DNA of 43,173 nucleotides, taken from positions 1 to 43,173 of the forward strand of contig JBGSZR010000301.1 in the NCBI GenBank assembly GCA_041750275.1, written 5' to 3'. Positions within the stretch are counted from its first letter, which is position 1, and each line of letters starts with the position of its first letter. Made by a program: the position numbers and the translations under genes. This DNA comes from Gemmataceae bacterium (GTDB taxonomy: Bacteria > Planctomycetota > Planctomycetia > Gemmatales > Gemmataceae). Shown here in pieces: positions 8,939-17,954 of this stretch. The notes under the pieces were generated by a model, which ran no database searches, was not told where the DNA came from, and saw nothing but the letters and a program-made list of their open reading frames with translations.

Positions 8939-9768
8939 TGGCTCCCTCCTTGCAAGAAGGGATGGGCAGCGGCCAGCGCGATCACAAGCAACGCAAAGGC
9001 GACAACCGAAAGCATCGCCAGCCGGCGGGGTGGCACGTAAGCGGCATAGCGCATGTACAGCAGCACGAGAAACACCACCCACAATCCGGCGGACGAAACC
9101 ACCTTGATCGAGAGCCAGTCCTCGGCCACGGCATTGTCGTGATTGAGCAGGAGCGCGCCCACGAGCAGTCCTGCGGTAAGGAGCGGGAAGGCGAGGTTCA
9201 GCGCCCGGCGATTCATCGCTTCGAGGCGTTCCAGGCTCAGCATCGGCACGACGCGGGCCGGGTTCACCTTGTTGCGCAAGCGGCGGGCCTGCACCAGGTA
9301 CATCAGGCTGGCCAGGAAGCTGACGCTCACGCCGACGGAAGCGAACAAAATCAGGATGCCATGGATGATGCCCCAGAAGCGGTCGCCACTGAGCCAGGCG
9401 GGGAGATCGAAGGCGGTCTCGGTGCTGCCGCCGGCAACGAGAGCGAGTGAAAGGCCAACGAGCCCGATAACCACCGGCAACACAAACACAGCCCAGGCCT
9501 GACGCGCGTAGTGGATGGTGCCGTACAGGTAAAAGAGCGCCAGCACCCAGGCGAGCAAGAGAAGTGAGCCGTAAGGGGCGGCGGGTGTCGGCTGGTTGTA
9601 GCTGATGTATGCGGTGTGGGCGATGAGCCCGGCAATGCCCACGGTCAACGCGGAGACGCGCCACACGGAGCGCGGCCGGGCCAGCCAGGCCAGTTCGAGC
9701 CCGAACGCGATCAGGTAGCTGAGGCCAAAGCAGGCGTGCGTGACACCTTGCAGGGGAGAAACCGTCAT
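8935..9768 (-). CDS. Cytochrome c assembly (CcsA/ResC) family membrane protein, HemX/YpjD-like
   Basis: 277 aa with about 8 predicted TM helices and a Trp-rich segment, typical of PF01578-type proteins. Its TGA stop overlaps the hemA GTG start (GTGA). Confidence 0.68.
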   Translation of the reverse strand: MTVSPLQGVTHACFGLSYLIAFGLELAWLARPRSVWRVSALTVGIAGLIAHTAYISYNQPTPAAPYGSLLLLAWVLALFYLYGTIHYARQAWAVFVLPVVIGLVGLSLALVAGGSTETAFDLPAWLSGDRFWGIIHGILILFASVGVSVSFLASLMYLVQARRLRNKVNPARVVPMLSLERLEAMNRRALNLAFPLLTAGLLVGALLLNHDNAVAEDWLSIKVVSSAGLWVVFLVLLYMRYAAYVPPRRLAMLSVVAFALLVIALAAAHPFLQGGSQ

Positions 9769-9933
9769 CGCACGGCAGACCTCGCGGAGGAGTTATCAAG
9801 ATATTGTAACAGTTTAGCCGCGATGGAAGAGTGGTGACGCAGAGTCGAAATTCAATACCGGAAATGGATGCGGCCGTGAACAGAGCAAGTCACAAGAATG
9901 GCTTCGCGGCTTTGGTGTTGGGATTTGCCACAC

Positions 9934-9966
9934 AAAAAAACTCGGGGAGCCTTGCGGCTCCCCGAG
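9934..9966 (-). terminator. Rho-independent terminator (minus strand)
   Basis: A perfect 11-bp stem (CTCGGGGAGCC-ttgc-GGCTCCCCGAG) is followed on the minus strand by TTTTTTT (plus-strand A7 at 9934–9940). Confidence 0.65.
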
Positions 9967-10377
9967 TTACCAAGCGTACTTACGGGTCCCGTCCATCCCT
10001 TCGGTAGCCTGGCAGCTAAATCCGTTCCCCCCTCGGAACGGTTAAAGCCCAAACAAATGCCTAACCTGAATCACGGACGTGCAGGCACGATCAGGTTGAG
10101 TCAGGCACTCCGAGTCGCACAAAAACTGCGGCTCAGTCGTCCACCGTGATGAGTCGTCGAAGGCTCATCACCGCGAACACTCCATTTCTAGATCACATCC
10201 AGGGGCCATGCAAATCGGACGAGCGAGAAATCCCAAAAAACCGTCATTTCAGTTGTGCGCGATTCCTACAGCCTGCAAGGTCGTTCCAGTCGCGCGAATC
10301 TCCAAGAAAAGCTCAAGGCCGGTGTTGTCGTGATCCGACAGCACCGGCCCTGGAGAAGATCGAAAGCTGTCATGTCT

Positions 10378-10872
10378 TCACGGCACGCTGCGGAAGCGGA
10401 TTTGCGAGGCCTTGGCATGATCCCAGTCGGCCGGGATGGGGCGGCGCATCTCTTCGCCGGCGTAGTGCCAGTGGCCGACACGTTCTTCGCCGAGCTTCCA
10501 GCTGAAGGCCGCCGGTCGGCCATTGATCTTGGTGGGGAAATCGACTTCGCCGACTTCCGCGTCGGTGATGTGCACGCCAAGGGAGTTCAGTTCCGCCAGG
10601 GCGGTGGTGATCGTCTTTTCCGCGGAGGCAATCTCTTCCGTGATCTGGTAGCGGCGCTGGCGTTCCTGCCAGACCAGTTCGCGGCGATTGCGTTCGAGAC
10701 GGGCCTGTTCCGGATTCAGTTGATTTAAGGCCGTGCGCGAATGGACAATTTCGGTGACGATGCTTCGAACGAGAGGAAGCATCTGACGGGCCGTGGGCAG
10801 ATCCAGGCTGATGTCTTTGCGGCGGGGCTTCCCGGCCGGGTTGCTGGCTCGATTCGGAGTATTGCTCATGTT
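10378..10872 (-). CDS. DUF2203-like hypothetical protein
   Basis: The N-terminal segment 'ISLDLPTARQMLPLVRSIVTEIV' resembles the DUF2203 signature (FTLEEAxxLLPxVRxIV). A coiled-coil region follows. The ORF in the track extends to 10902, but the ATG at 10872 (MSNTP…) is also possible. Confidence 0.5.
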   Translation of the reverse strand, partial: NMSNTPNRASNPAGKPRRKDISLDLPTARQMLPLVRSIVTEIVHSRTALNQLNPEQARLERNRRELVWQERQRRYQITEEIASAEKTITTALAELNSLGVHITDAEVGEVDFPTKINGRPAAFSWKLGEERVGHWHYAGEEMRRPIPADWDHAKASQIRFRSVP

Positions 10873-11304
10873 GGGCTCCCGTTTATGTGGGGGGTCGGGC
10901 ACTCCCTTGCTTCCCTATTCTAGGAGCGCCCATGCCGGTGTGATGCCGGACGGACGCGAAAAAAGGGGGAAAGGTTCGGCTCGCCGCCCTCCCTGTTGAT
11001 TCGATGGCCCCGAGGCAAGATTGGATGCGGAATCGCACCTGACTCGGTGATACCGTTCGTCCCCCATTAAATGAAGATCAGTCCCGCACCAAATTGCGCC
11101 ACTTCCTTGGAGATTCGCCGGACTCACTGGTGTTCGCGGCTCCGTTTGCCACGCTTGCCAGTCTTCACAACGCACCGGCCATTCCATCGTATGAACCGCA
11201 TCGATCGTCGTCGCCTATTCCATGCAACTTCCCGACCGATGGCGGACAAGGAATCAATTCTTCTCACATAGCCGATCGCAAGTGGCGGGCTCACTGGGAT
11301 GGCC

Positions 11305-13194
11305 TTAAGCATCCTTCCATTTCACGAAGGCTTCGAGTGCGAAGTATTCGGGCAGGCCCAGCGCGTCGTATGTTCGGGCGGTGCCCAAATTGCGGTCCTC
11401 GGCACGTTGCCAGAACTCGCGGCGATCCGTGCCGCCAGGGAACATGGCCCGATCCTTCTGGCTCTGATGGCGGAAGATCGCCTGCTTCTTGCGTTCGAGC
11501 ACTTCCGGCGAAAGCGGCACCGCCATTTCGATCTCGTGTGGTTCCCACTCTTCCCAGGCACCCTTGTAAAGCCAGACGTCAAAATCCTGGCCACCCGTGC
11601 GGACGTTGCGCACGGCCGAGAACACGGCCTCGGCACAGGTGCGGTGCGTGCCGTGCGGATCCGAAAGCTCGCCGGCGACGTAAATCTGGTGTGGCTTCAA
11701 ACGCGTCAGCAGTTCCGCAATGTCGTCGATGTCATTCGGGTGAATCGGATTTTTCGCGGCGGTGCCGGTGCGGTAAAAGCGCAGGTCCATGAATTCGAGT
11801 TGGGCAGGTGGGATGCCACACGCCAGCGCCGCGGCCCGGGCTTCCGTTGTGCGAATCAACTTCTTGATCTCGAGCAACTCCGGGCTGTCCGGCTCGGCGG
11901 GTTTCTTCGCATCCATGAACTGGACCACGCGTTCCTTGATGGTGCCCGCGCTCGATTTCTCGGACGCGTCGCCGAAGGTCGAGAGGAATTCATCCACGAA
12001 ATCGACGAATCGGCGAGCATCGTGGTCGAAAACCGCGATGTTGCCACTGGTCATATACGCCACATGAACCTTGTGCCCCTGCTCGACCAGGCGAATGATG
12101 GTGCCGCCCATCGAGATCACATCATCGTCCGGGTGCGGGCTGAAAACGAGTACCGCCTTCGGTGCATCCACACCCTGACTGATTCGTCCTGCAGGGTGGA
12201 GTTGAATCGTCTCCATGCGATCGTGGAACACGGCTTCGCCAATGCGCTCAGCGGGCCCTTTCTCACGCAGCAAATCGTACAGGTGATAATCGCGGAAGTC
12301 GTCGTCGTTGAGCTTCTGCAAGCCCTTCCGCACCGTGAGCGCGAGGTGCACCACGGCCTTGCGAACGAGTTCCGGCGTCCACTCGCACGGGCCCACTTCC
12401 CAGGGCCGCTTGATGGCCGTGAGTTCCGCCGCGGCCGCTTCATCCAGCGCCACCGTGGCATCCGGGTGTTCTTGCAGGAAGCTCGAAGAAATCGCCTCCG
12501 TTGGCGGTTGCTCCAGCGCCTTGTACACGATCGCGGCCTTGTGCTCACCGAACGCCATCATGAAGACGCGCCGGGCATCGAGGATGCTCGTCACACCCAT
12601 CGTAATGGCCTGGTTCGGCACGTTCTCCTCACCGAAGAAACTGCTCGCCGCATCGCGGCGGGTGATGCTATCGAGCGTCACCATGCGGGTGCGGCTCGTG
12701 CGTGGGCTGCCCGGTTCGTTGAAGCCGATGTGCCCCGTCCGGCCGACGCCGAGTATCTGGATATCGATGCCGCCGGCCGCCTTGATCTTCTTCTCGTAGT
12801 CCGCACAGAACGCGTCCACTTCCTCCGGTTGAAGGGTGCCATCGGGGATGTGAATGTTGCTCCACGGAATGTTCACGTGGTTGAAGAGCGTCTCGTGCAT
12901 CCACCGGAAATACGAGTGCGGGCTCTCCTTCGGCATCGGGAAGTATTCATCCAGGTTGAAGGTGATGACCCGCGACAGGTCGAGCCCTTCTTCTTTGTGG
13001 AGGCGAATCAGTTCGCGGTACATGCCGACGGGCGTGCTGCCGGTGGCGAGGCCGAGCACGGTGGGTTTGCCCGCGGCGTTGCGAGCCCGCACGAGTTTGT
13101 CGATCTCGCGAGCCACATATTTGGACGCCGCGGCAGCACTCGGAAATAGCAGCGTCGGGGTGCGAGTGTGGGCAATCGGATAGTGAGAAGCCAT
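11305..13194 (-). CDS. nagB: Glucosamine-6-phosphate deaminase fused to a PIG-L/LmbE-family deacetylase domain (long-form NagB)
   Basis: The N-terminal half has the NagB core ('VLGLATGSTPVGMYRELI…ITFNLDEYF…ILGVGRTGHIGFNEPGS'). The C-terminal half has the LmbE motif 'VFSPHPDDDVISMGGTI…HVAYMTSG' and a later 'HGTHR'. Confidence 0.9.
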   Translation of the reverse strand: MASHYPIAHTRTPTLLFPSAAAASKYVAREIDKLVRARNAAGKPTVLGLATGSTPVGMYRELIRLHKEEGLDLSRVITFNLDEYFPMPKESPHSYFRWMHETLFNHVNIPWSNIHIPDGTLQPEEVDAFCADYEKKIKAAGGIDIQILGVGRTGHIGFNEPGSPRTSRTRMVTLDSITRRDAASSFFGEENVPNQAITMGVTSILDARRVFMMAFGEHKAAIVYKALEQPPTEAISSSFLQEHPDATVALDEAAAAELTAIKRPWEVGPCEWTPELVRKAVVHLALTVRKGLQKLNDDDFRDYHLYDLLREKGPAERIGEAVFHDRMETIQLHPAGRISQGVDAPKAVLVFSPHPDDDVISMGGTIIRLVEQGHKVHVAYMTSGNIAVFDHDARRFVDFVDEFLSTFGDASEKSSAGTIKERVVQFMDAKKPAEPDSPELLEIKKLIRTTEARAAALACGIPPAQLEFMDLRFYRTGTAAKNPIHPNDIDDIAELLTRLKPHQIYVAGELSDPHGTHRTCAEAVFSAVRNVRTGGQDFDVWLYKGAWEEWEPHEIEMAVPLSPEVLERKKQAIFRHQSQKDRAMFPGGTDRREFWQRAEDRNLGTARTYDALGLPEYFALEAFVKWKDA

Positions 13195-13371
13195 GTGCAG
13201 GGTCCTGGCGAGGCGCGGCGGTGAAAGGCTGTTCTAGCGGAGCCTGCGTGGAAGGGGAGTGCGAAGCCAGTCGCCGCCTGAACGGATCGCGATTCGGCTT
13301 GCTCCGCTCCGCGGTGCCGTGCCATACTCTCCGCGCGATTAACACGATTCTCCCGAGGAAAGGAGTTCCCC

Positions 13372-14235
13372 GTGCGTTTCCGATTCACGCTGATTGCTCT
13401 GTTCGCCCTGGTGGCCGCCAACTGGGCCGCGTTTGCACGCCCCGAACTGGCCATGCAGGAACCACCCCAGCCACAACCGATTGATTCACTCAATGGCACG
13501 TGGGATCTCGTGTCGCTGATCGAGAATGGCCAGCCGATCCCGTCCACCATCGTGAAGCAGACGATGATTGCCAATGGCCGCGTCGTGATCAGCGGGCAGT
13601 TGCTTGCCTTCGACAAGCCCGATGGCACGGTGAAGACGCTCGCGTTCGTCGCCGATCCCACGGTCTCGCCCAAACACATCGACCTGGCTGGCGCCGTGAA
13701 CCTCGGCAGCAAAGGAATCTACATGCGTGATGGCGACACGCTCCTGATTTGCTTCTCCACATCCGAGTCCGCATCGCGGCCCACGGAATTCGTGTCGCTG
13801 CCCGGCAAGAACACCGTGATGATGACCTTCACGAAAACGGTCAACCCACCGCCGGCTCCTGCGATCAAGCCCGCCCCGCCGCCGCCGGCCCCGGTCTTCA
13901 AGTCAACGGATGCCGACCTCACGGCCGCGTTGATCGGCACCTGGGGCCATCAGACGGACGACAAGATTGTGAAGTTCACGCTCAATCCCGGTGGTTCATT
14001 CTCCTCAGTCGTTACGTACAAGAAGGGCTTCAAGAAGGTGTTCGACGACGAGGAACGTGCCAGCGGCACCTGGAAAGTGCTCGATGGCACCACCATCTTC
14101 ACGACCACAGCATCCAGCGTCCGCGGCCAGGTGGGCCAAGTCGCCTCGTACCGCGTTACTACCATCAACTCGGGCGAAGTGATTTACGTCGATAACCAGA
14201 CCGGCGGCCGCCGCATCGAATGGAAGCTGCGATAA
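13372..14235 (+). CDS. Secreted protein with an N-terminal TIGR03067 (planctomycete lipocalin-like) domain and a C-terminal β-rich domain
   Basis: A signal peptide is present. 'LNGTWDLVSLIENGQPIP…KHIDL…GIYMRDGDTLLICFS…RPTEFVS' matches my recollection of the TIGR03067 consensus. A Pro-rich linker (PPPAPAIKPAPPPPAP) precedes the second domain, which opens with GTW. Confidence 0.72.
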   Translation: MRFRFTLIALFALVAANWAAFARPELAMQEPPQPQPIDSLNGTWDLVSLIENGQPIPSTIVKQTMIANGRVVISGQLLAFDKPDGTVKTLAFVADPTVSPKHIDLAGAVNLGSKGIYMRDGDTLLICFSTSESASRPTEFVSLPGKNTVMMTFTKTVNPPPAPAIKPAPPPPAPVFKSTDADLTAALIGTWGHQTDDKIVKFTLNPGGSFSSVVTYKKGFKKVFDDEERASGTWKVLDGTTIFTTTASSVRGQVGQVASYRVTTINSGEVIYVDNQTGGRRIEWKLR

Positions 14236-14242
14236 AATCACA

Positions 14243-14317
14243 GACTCCGGGCGAACCGGCCGGAGTCCACACAAATGAGCAACGCACACCCGGAGGCCGG
14301 CCACTCACGTGGCCGGC
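14243..14317. terminator. Two GC-rich hairpins in the convergent gap (candidate bidirectional terminators)
   Basis: Hairpin 14243–14267 has an 8-bp stem (GACTCCGG / CCGGAGTC). Hairpin 14296–14317 has a 9-bp stem (GCCGGCCAC-tcac-GTGGCCGGC). Neither is followed by a U-run, which is common in high-GC genomes. Confidence 0.35.
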
Positions 14318-14347
14318 TCGCCATGCCACTGGCATCTCGCTTCATGC

Positions 14348-17300
14348 TTAACGGAACTCGATCCCATCGATCAGTGCCACGGAATCGAAGATGCCATCTC
14401 CGGCGTCTGCGATGCGGATGCGCAGGTTGTACGTGGCACCATCGGTGAGCGGGACCACCAGTTCCTTCCGCCGCCAGCCCGTGGTGCCCGCCGAGCTATC
14501 GCCGCCGGGGAACTGGTAGCGGTCGTCGCGCGTGAAGGCCGAGCCGTTCACGGATTCAGTGGCAAGGGTGCCGCCGCCGGGCCCTTCTACCTCGATGATC
14601 AGCACATCGTTGAACTTCGTCCCCACGAACTCGGGGAACTCCTCCGTGATGAACTGATACCACAGGCTGATGGTGACAGTGGAAGCCGCGGCGCTGGGAG
14701 TGAACTGGTATTCCAGTGAGGCATTGGTGACGGCTCCGGCCGGCCCCGTGCTGACATAACCCATGAATGAACCGGTGATGGGACTCGCGGGCCCCAGGGC
14801 GGTGAGCGAACCGGTGGTGCCCGAAGTGGTCCAGCCCGTGAGACCGTTCTCGAAACTGCCGTTGACGATGGCCTCGAACACATCGAGCCGACCCGCGTTG
14901 GGGAAATCTGCAGCGGTCTGGCTGAACGGGTCGAAGGGCTTTGCCGAACGCACCAGCCGCTCTTGCACTTCCACCGCGGTCAGTTCCGGATAGGTGTTCC
15001 ACACCAGCGCGGCGGCACCGCTCACGATGGGTGTTGACATCGATGTGCCGGTGAGTTCGCGATAGCCCGTGGGATCCAGGCTGTTCGTTTTGAGATTCGG
15101 ACCCAGTGGCACCGTCGAGCGAATCATCTCTCCAGGAGCCGTGATTCGGACCCAGTCGCCATAGTTGCTACTCGGGCTCCGGACATCTGCACTATTCGTG
15201 TTGCCGACAGAGAGCACACCCTCGAATGCCGCTGGATATCGCTTCTCGAGCGTGCTCAGATTTCCGGCTGATGCCACGACCAATCGGCCCGCAGCCTGGG
15301 CCTGTGCCACGGCATCTCCCACTATGGAATCAGGTGGGAAGCCACCGAGGCTCATGCTGATGATCTTGGCCCCACGAGCAACGGCGTACTCGATTCCTGC
15401 TGACACACCGGTCTCGGCTTGTCGCAGACTCGTTGATCCATCGCCAAACACTTTCACGGCGAGCACCGGCGAGCCCGAGATTCCCGTAGTGCCGCCATCA
15501 CCCCGGCTCGCAGCAATCAACCCCGCTACGTGTGTTCCGTGTCCATCGATATCGGCTGGATCATCGTCGCCCATTCCGAAGTCGGGCCCCTTGGTGATGA
15601 AGGGTGCCAGCTCGGAGTGATTGTAATCCACGCCGGTGTCAAGCACGGCGACCAGGGTGCGGAACCCCTCGGCGACGACTCTCGCTTCATCGGCGCGAAT
15701 GAGGTCATACCAGTACCCGCCGGATGTGGTGTCGTCTCCTGCAATCGTGGTGTCTGCTTCACCCACCGAGTTCGCACTGGCCTTCACCACTTCGGCATGC
15801 GTCTGCCACTGCACGATGGCCGCGTTCACCGTGGCGGCCGTCGCGGCTCCGGGAATTGTGAACTGGTAGAAGCCCAGCGCGGGGCTCGCTCCGATGAGCG
15901 TGCCGCCCTCGGCCGTAGCGACCGCCTGGATCTCGGTGAACGTCGTGCCCTCCGCGAACTTCACCAGCAACTGATTCGGGATGAGTGAATAACCCGTGGC
16001 CGGATCCGTGACGGCTGTGCTGGTATCCGGGATGGCGAAGCTCGTGGGTGCATCCGTTGCCAGCAGTGAGCCAGAGGCCGAGGTAACGGTTGTGCTGCCG
16101 ATCGTTTGCCGGGTGCGGAAGAACTGCAGCGTGTCCGATCCGCCGGAGAGATTAAAGAACGCACCGCTGTAAACGTTGTCCCCGGCCACGAGGTCGCCGT
16201 TGGTGCCGTCGTCCCTCAAGCTGCCCACGGTATCCAGCACATTGCCCGCAACATCGACTTCTTCCAGCGTGACACTTGCTGGAGCCGTGTTCGTGCCCGT
16301 CAACACGGTCGTGAACAGCACATTCGCAATGCTGTTCGGTGGTATAGCGGACGGGAACGTGGTGGGTGCAGTCAGTGCTGGAACAGGCTGGGTCGTGGTC
16401 ACCACACGCACCGTGAGATCGCGGCTCACGGAGATAGCGGTGCCTTCAATGGTGGCTGTCGTTCGCACGGTGTATGTGCCGAGGGTAATACCCTTGAAGG
16501 TCTGGCTCACCGTGAAGCTCGTGTCGGCCGCGGTCGTCGTCCAGCCGCTGCCAGGGTGATCGCTGTTGATTGTGAGCCCGGTGGAGGGCGTGATCGTCTG
16601 CGAGAAGCGGATGCGCGAACCGGCACTGGGGTTCTTCACGCTCACGATCACGGGGAGGAAGCTATCGGTGCCGGGCACCACGGAGAGCGAATTGCTGCCG
16701 TATTGCAGGGCCAGTTGCGGCTCCGCTCGCGTGGCGAACCCTCCAGGCGGCGGGCCGTCGAAGGCCGAAAAGCTGGTGAACGAACTGCCTGTGCTGAGCG
16801 TGCCCAGCACGAGTGAGTTGTTGCCAGGACCGGAACCGGCGATGATATCCTCCTTGCCATCGCCGTTCACATCGCCACCGGCAACGTTCACGCCGCCACG
16901 GAAGCTGCCATCGAAGGCGAGGTACGAAAGGACGGGTGCCGCATCGCTGAGGCCGAACGCCTTGACGACGGGCCCGCCTCCGACGCCGCTGCCCGCGAGG
17001 ATTTCGTCCCGGCCATCGCCATCGAGATCGGCCGCGGCTGCGCTGACACCACCGCGGAAGCTGTCTTCATAGGCGAAGAAGTTGCGGATCATCGTGCCAT
17101 CGCGGCCATCGAAGGCGATGATGCGCGGGCCGCCGCCCACGCCGGTGCCGCAGAGCACATCATCGAAGCCGTCGCCGTTCACATCGGCACCACCGGCGTT
17201 GACGCCTCCGCGGAAGCTGCTCTCATAGGCGAAGAAATCCATCAATTTCGTGCCGTCCTGTCCGCTGTAGACAACGACGCGCGGCCCGCCGCCCACGCCA

Positions 17301-17779
17301 GTGCCGCAGATGAGATCTTCGAAGCCATCGCGGTTCACGTCGCCGAGGCCGATGTTCACACCGCCACGGAAGGAATCTTCGTACGGGAAGAAGCTCTGGA
17401 CCTCGTCGCCACTCACGCCGTCGTAGAGTTTCACCTGGGGCCCGCCGCCGTTGCCGGCACCCACGGCGATATCGGCTCGCCCATCACCGGTGACATCACC
17501 GACCGCCACGAAGACACCGCCCGTGAATGATTCGTCGAACGCCAGGAAATCGCGAATGACGGAGCCATCCTTGCCGCTGAACACCTTGATTTGCGGTGTG
17601 TGTCCCGCACCGGCCCCGGCGACGATGTCCGTGTAGCCATCGCCGTTGATGTCGCCGAGCCCGACGGAGACGCCGACCCCGGCCGGGGTGAGGCGATCTT
17701 CCAGGCGTTCGAACGCCAGTGGTTTGGGTCGGCGGGAAATAGGGGAAGACGTGCGCACGCGGCGCGTGAACCAGGTCAT
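14348..17779 (-). CDS. Large secreted FG-GAP repeat / subtilisin-like (peptidase S8) protein
   Basis: 1143 aa. The N-terminus carries a 'LAFERLEDRLTP' motif. About 7 FG-GAP repeats follow (GDxNGDGxxD…GGPxVK). Central Ig-like regions lead to an S8 catalytic triad: 'VAVLDTGVD' (Asp), 'DGHGTHVAG' (His) and 'GTSMSTPIVSGAAAL' (Ser). A C-terminal domain of about 180 aa is of unknown fold. Confidence 0.85.
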   Translation of the reverse strand: MTWFTRRVRTSSPISRRPKPLAFERLEDRLTPAGVGVSVGLGDINGDGYTDIVAGAGAGHTPQIKVFSGKDGSVIRDFLAFDESFTGGVFVAVGDVTGDGRADIAVGAGNGGGPQVKLYDGVSGDEVQSFFPYEDSFRGGVNIGLGDVNRDGFEDLICGTGVGGGPRVVVYSGQDGTKLMDFFAYESSFRGGVNAGGADVNGDGFDDVLCGTGVGGGPRIIAFDGRDGTMIRNFFAYEDSFRGGVSAAAADLDGDGRDEILAGSGVGGGPVVKAFGLSDAAPVLSYLAFDGSFRGGVNVAGGDVNGDGKEDIIAGSGPGNNSLVLGTLSTGSSFTSFSAFDGPPPGGFATRAEPQLALQYGSNSLSVVPGTDSFLPVIVSVKNPSAGSRIRFSQTITPSTGLTINSDHPGSGWTTTAADTSFTVSQTFKGITLGTYTVRTTATIEGTAISVSRDLTVRVVTTTQPVPALTAPTTFPSAIPPNSIANVLFTTVLTGTNTAPASVTLEEVDVAGNVLDTVGSLRDDGTNGDLVAGDNVYSGAFFNLSGGSDTLQFFRTRQTIGSTTVTSASGSLLATDAPTSFAIPDTSTAVTDPATGYSLIPNQLLVKFAEGTTFTEIQAVATAEGGTLIGASPALGFYQFTIPGAATAATVNAAIVQWQTHAEVVKASANSVGEADTTIAGDDTTSGGYWYDLIRADEARVVAEGFRTLVAVLDTGVDYNHSELAPFITKGPDFGMGDDDPADIDGHGTHVAGLIAASRGDGGTTGISGSPVLAVKVFGDGSTSLRQAETGVSAGIEYAVARGAKIISMSLGGFPPDSIVGDAVAQAQAAGRLVVASAGNLSTLEKRYPAAFEGVLSVGNTNSADVRSPSSNYGDWVRITAPGEMIRSTVPLGPNLKTNSLDPTGYRELTGTSMSTPIVSGAAALVWNTYPELTAVEVQERLVRSAKPFDPFSQTAADFPNAGRLDVFEAIVNGSFENGLTGWTTSGTTGSLTALGPASPITGSFMGYVSTGPAGAVTNASLEYQFTPSAAASTVTISLWYQFITEEFPEFVGTKFNDVLIIEVEGPGGGTLATESVNGSAFTRDDRYQFPGGDSSAGTTGWRRKELVVPLTDGATYNLRIRIADAGDGIFDSVALIDGIEFR

Positions 17780-17954
17780 GGCAGCACTCGTTTCAGGGGT
17801 TTCCGTCCGTTAGGACGGCGGGGGTAAGTTGAAGCCTGGATTAGGTAACGCAGTGCCGCGGACAAAGAGGACACGAATCGGAAAATAATTATGGCCTGCC
17901 CGTCATCGCTGATGGGCAGGCCATATGTGTTGCGTGTGTTTCCGAGAAATGTGC

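Noticed and set aside
7661-9040. 459-aa plus-strand ORF antisense to hemA, and the N-terminal extension of the 710-aa minus ORF (7667..9799)
   Set aside because: The 710-aa ORF is hemA's frame reading through the overlapping CcsA-like gene in a different frame, giving Arg-rich junk. The true hemA start is GTG 8938 with an AAGGAGG SD. The antisense ORF has no domain features.
9960-10260. RNase P, SRP or tRNA identity for the structured region
   Set aside because: No P4 (GGAAAGUCCGGGCUCC…ACAGAAnCCGGCUUA) motif, no SRP domain-IV (GGAAGGAAGCAGC) motif and no cloverleaf were found by eye. It is kept only as a generic ncRNA or 3'UTR candidate.
11299-13149. 616-aa plus-strand ORF antisense to nagB
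   Set aside because: It is Arg/Ala/Gly-rich with no recognisable domains, and it sits opposite a well-supported, full-length NagB–LmbE gene. This is a typical high-GC antisense-frame artefact.
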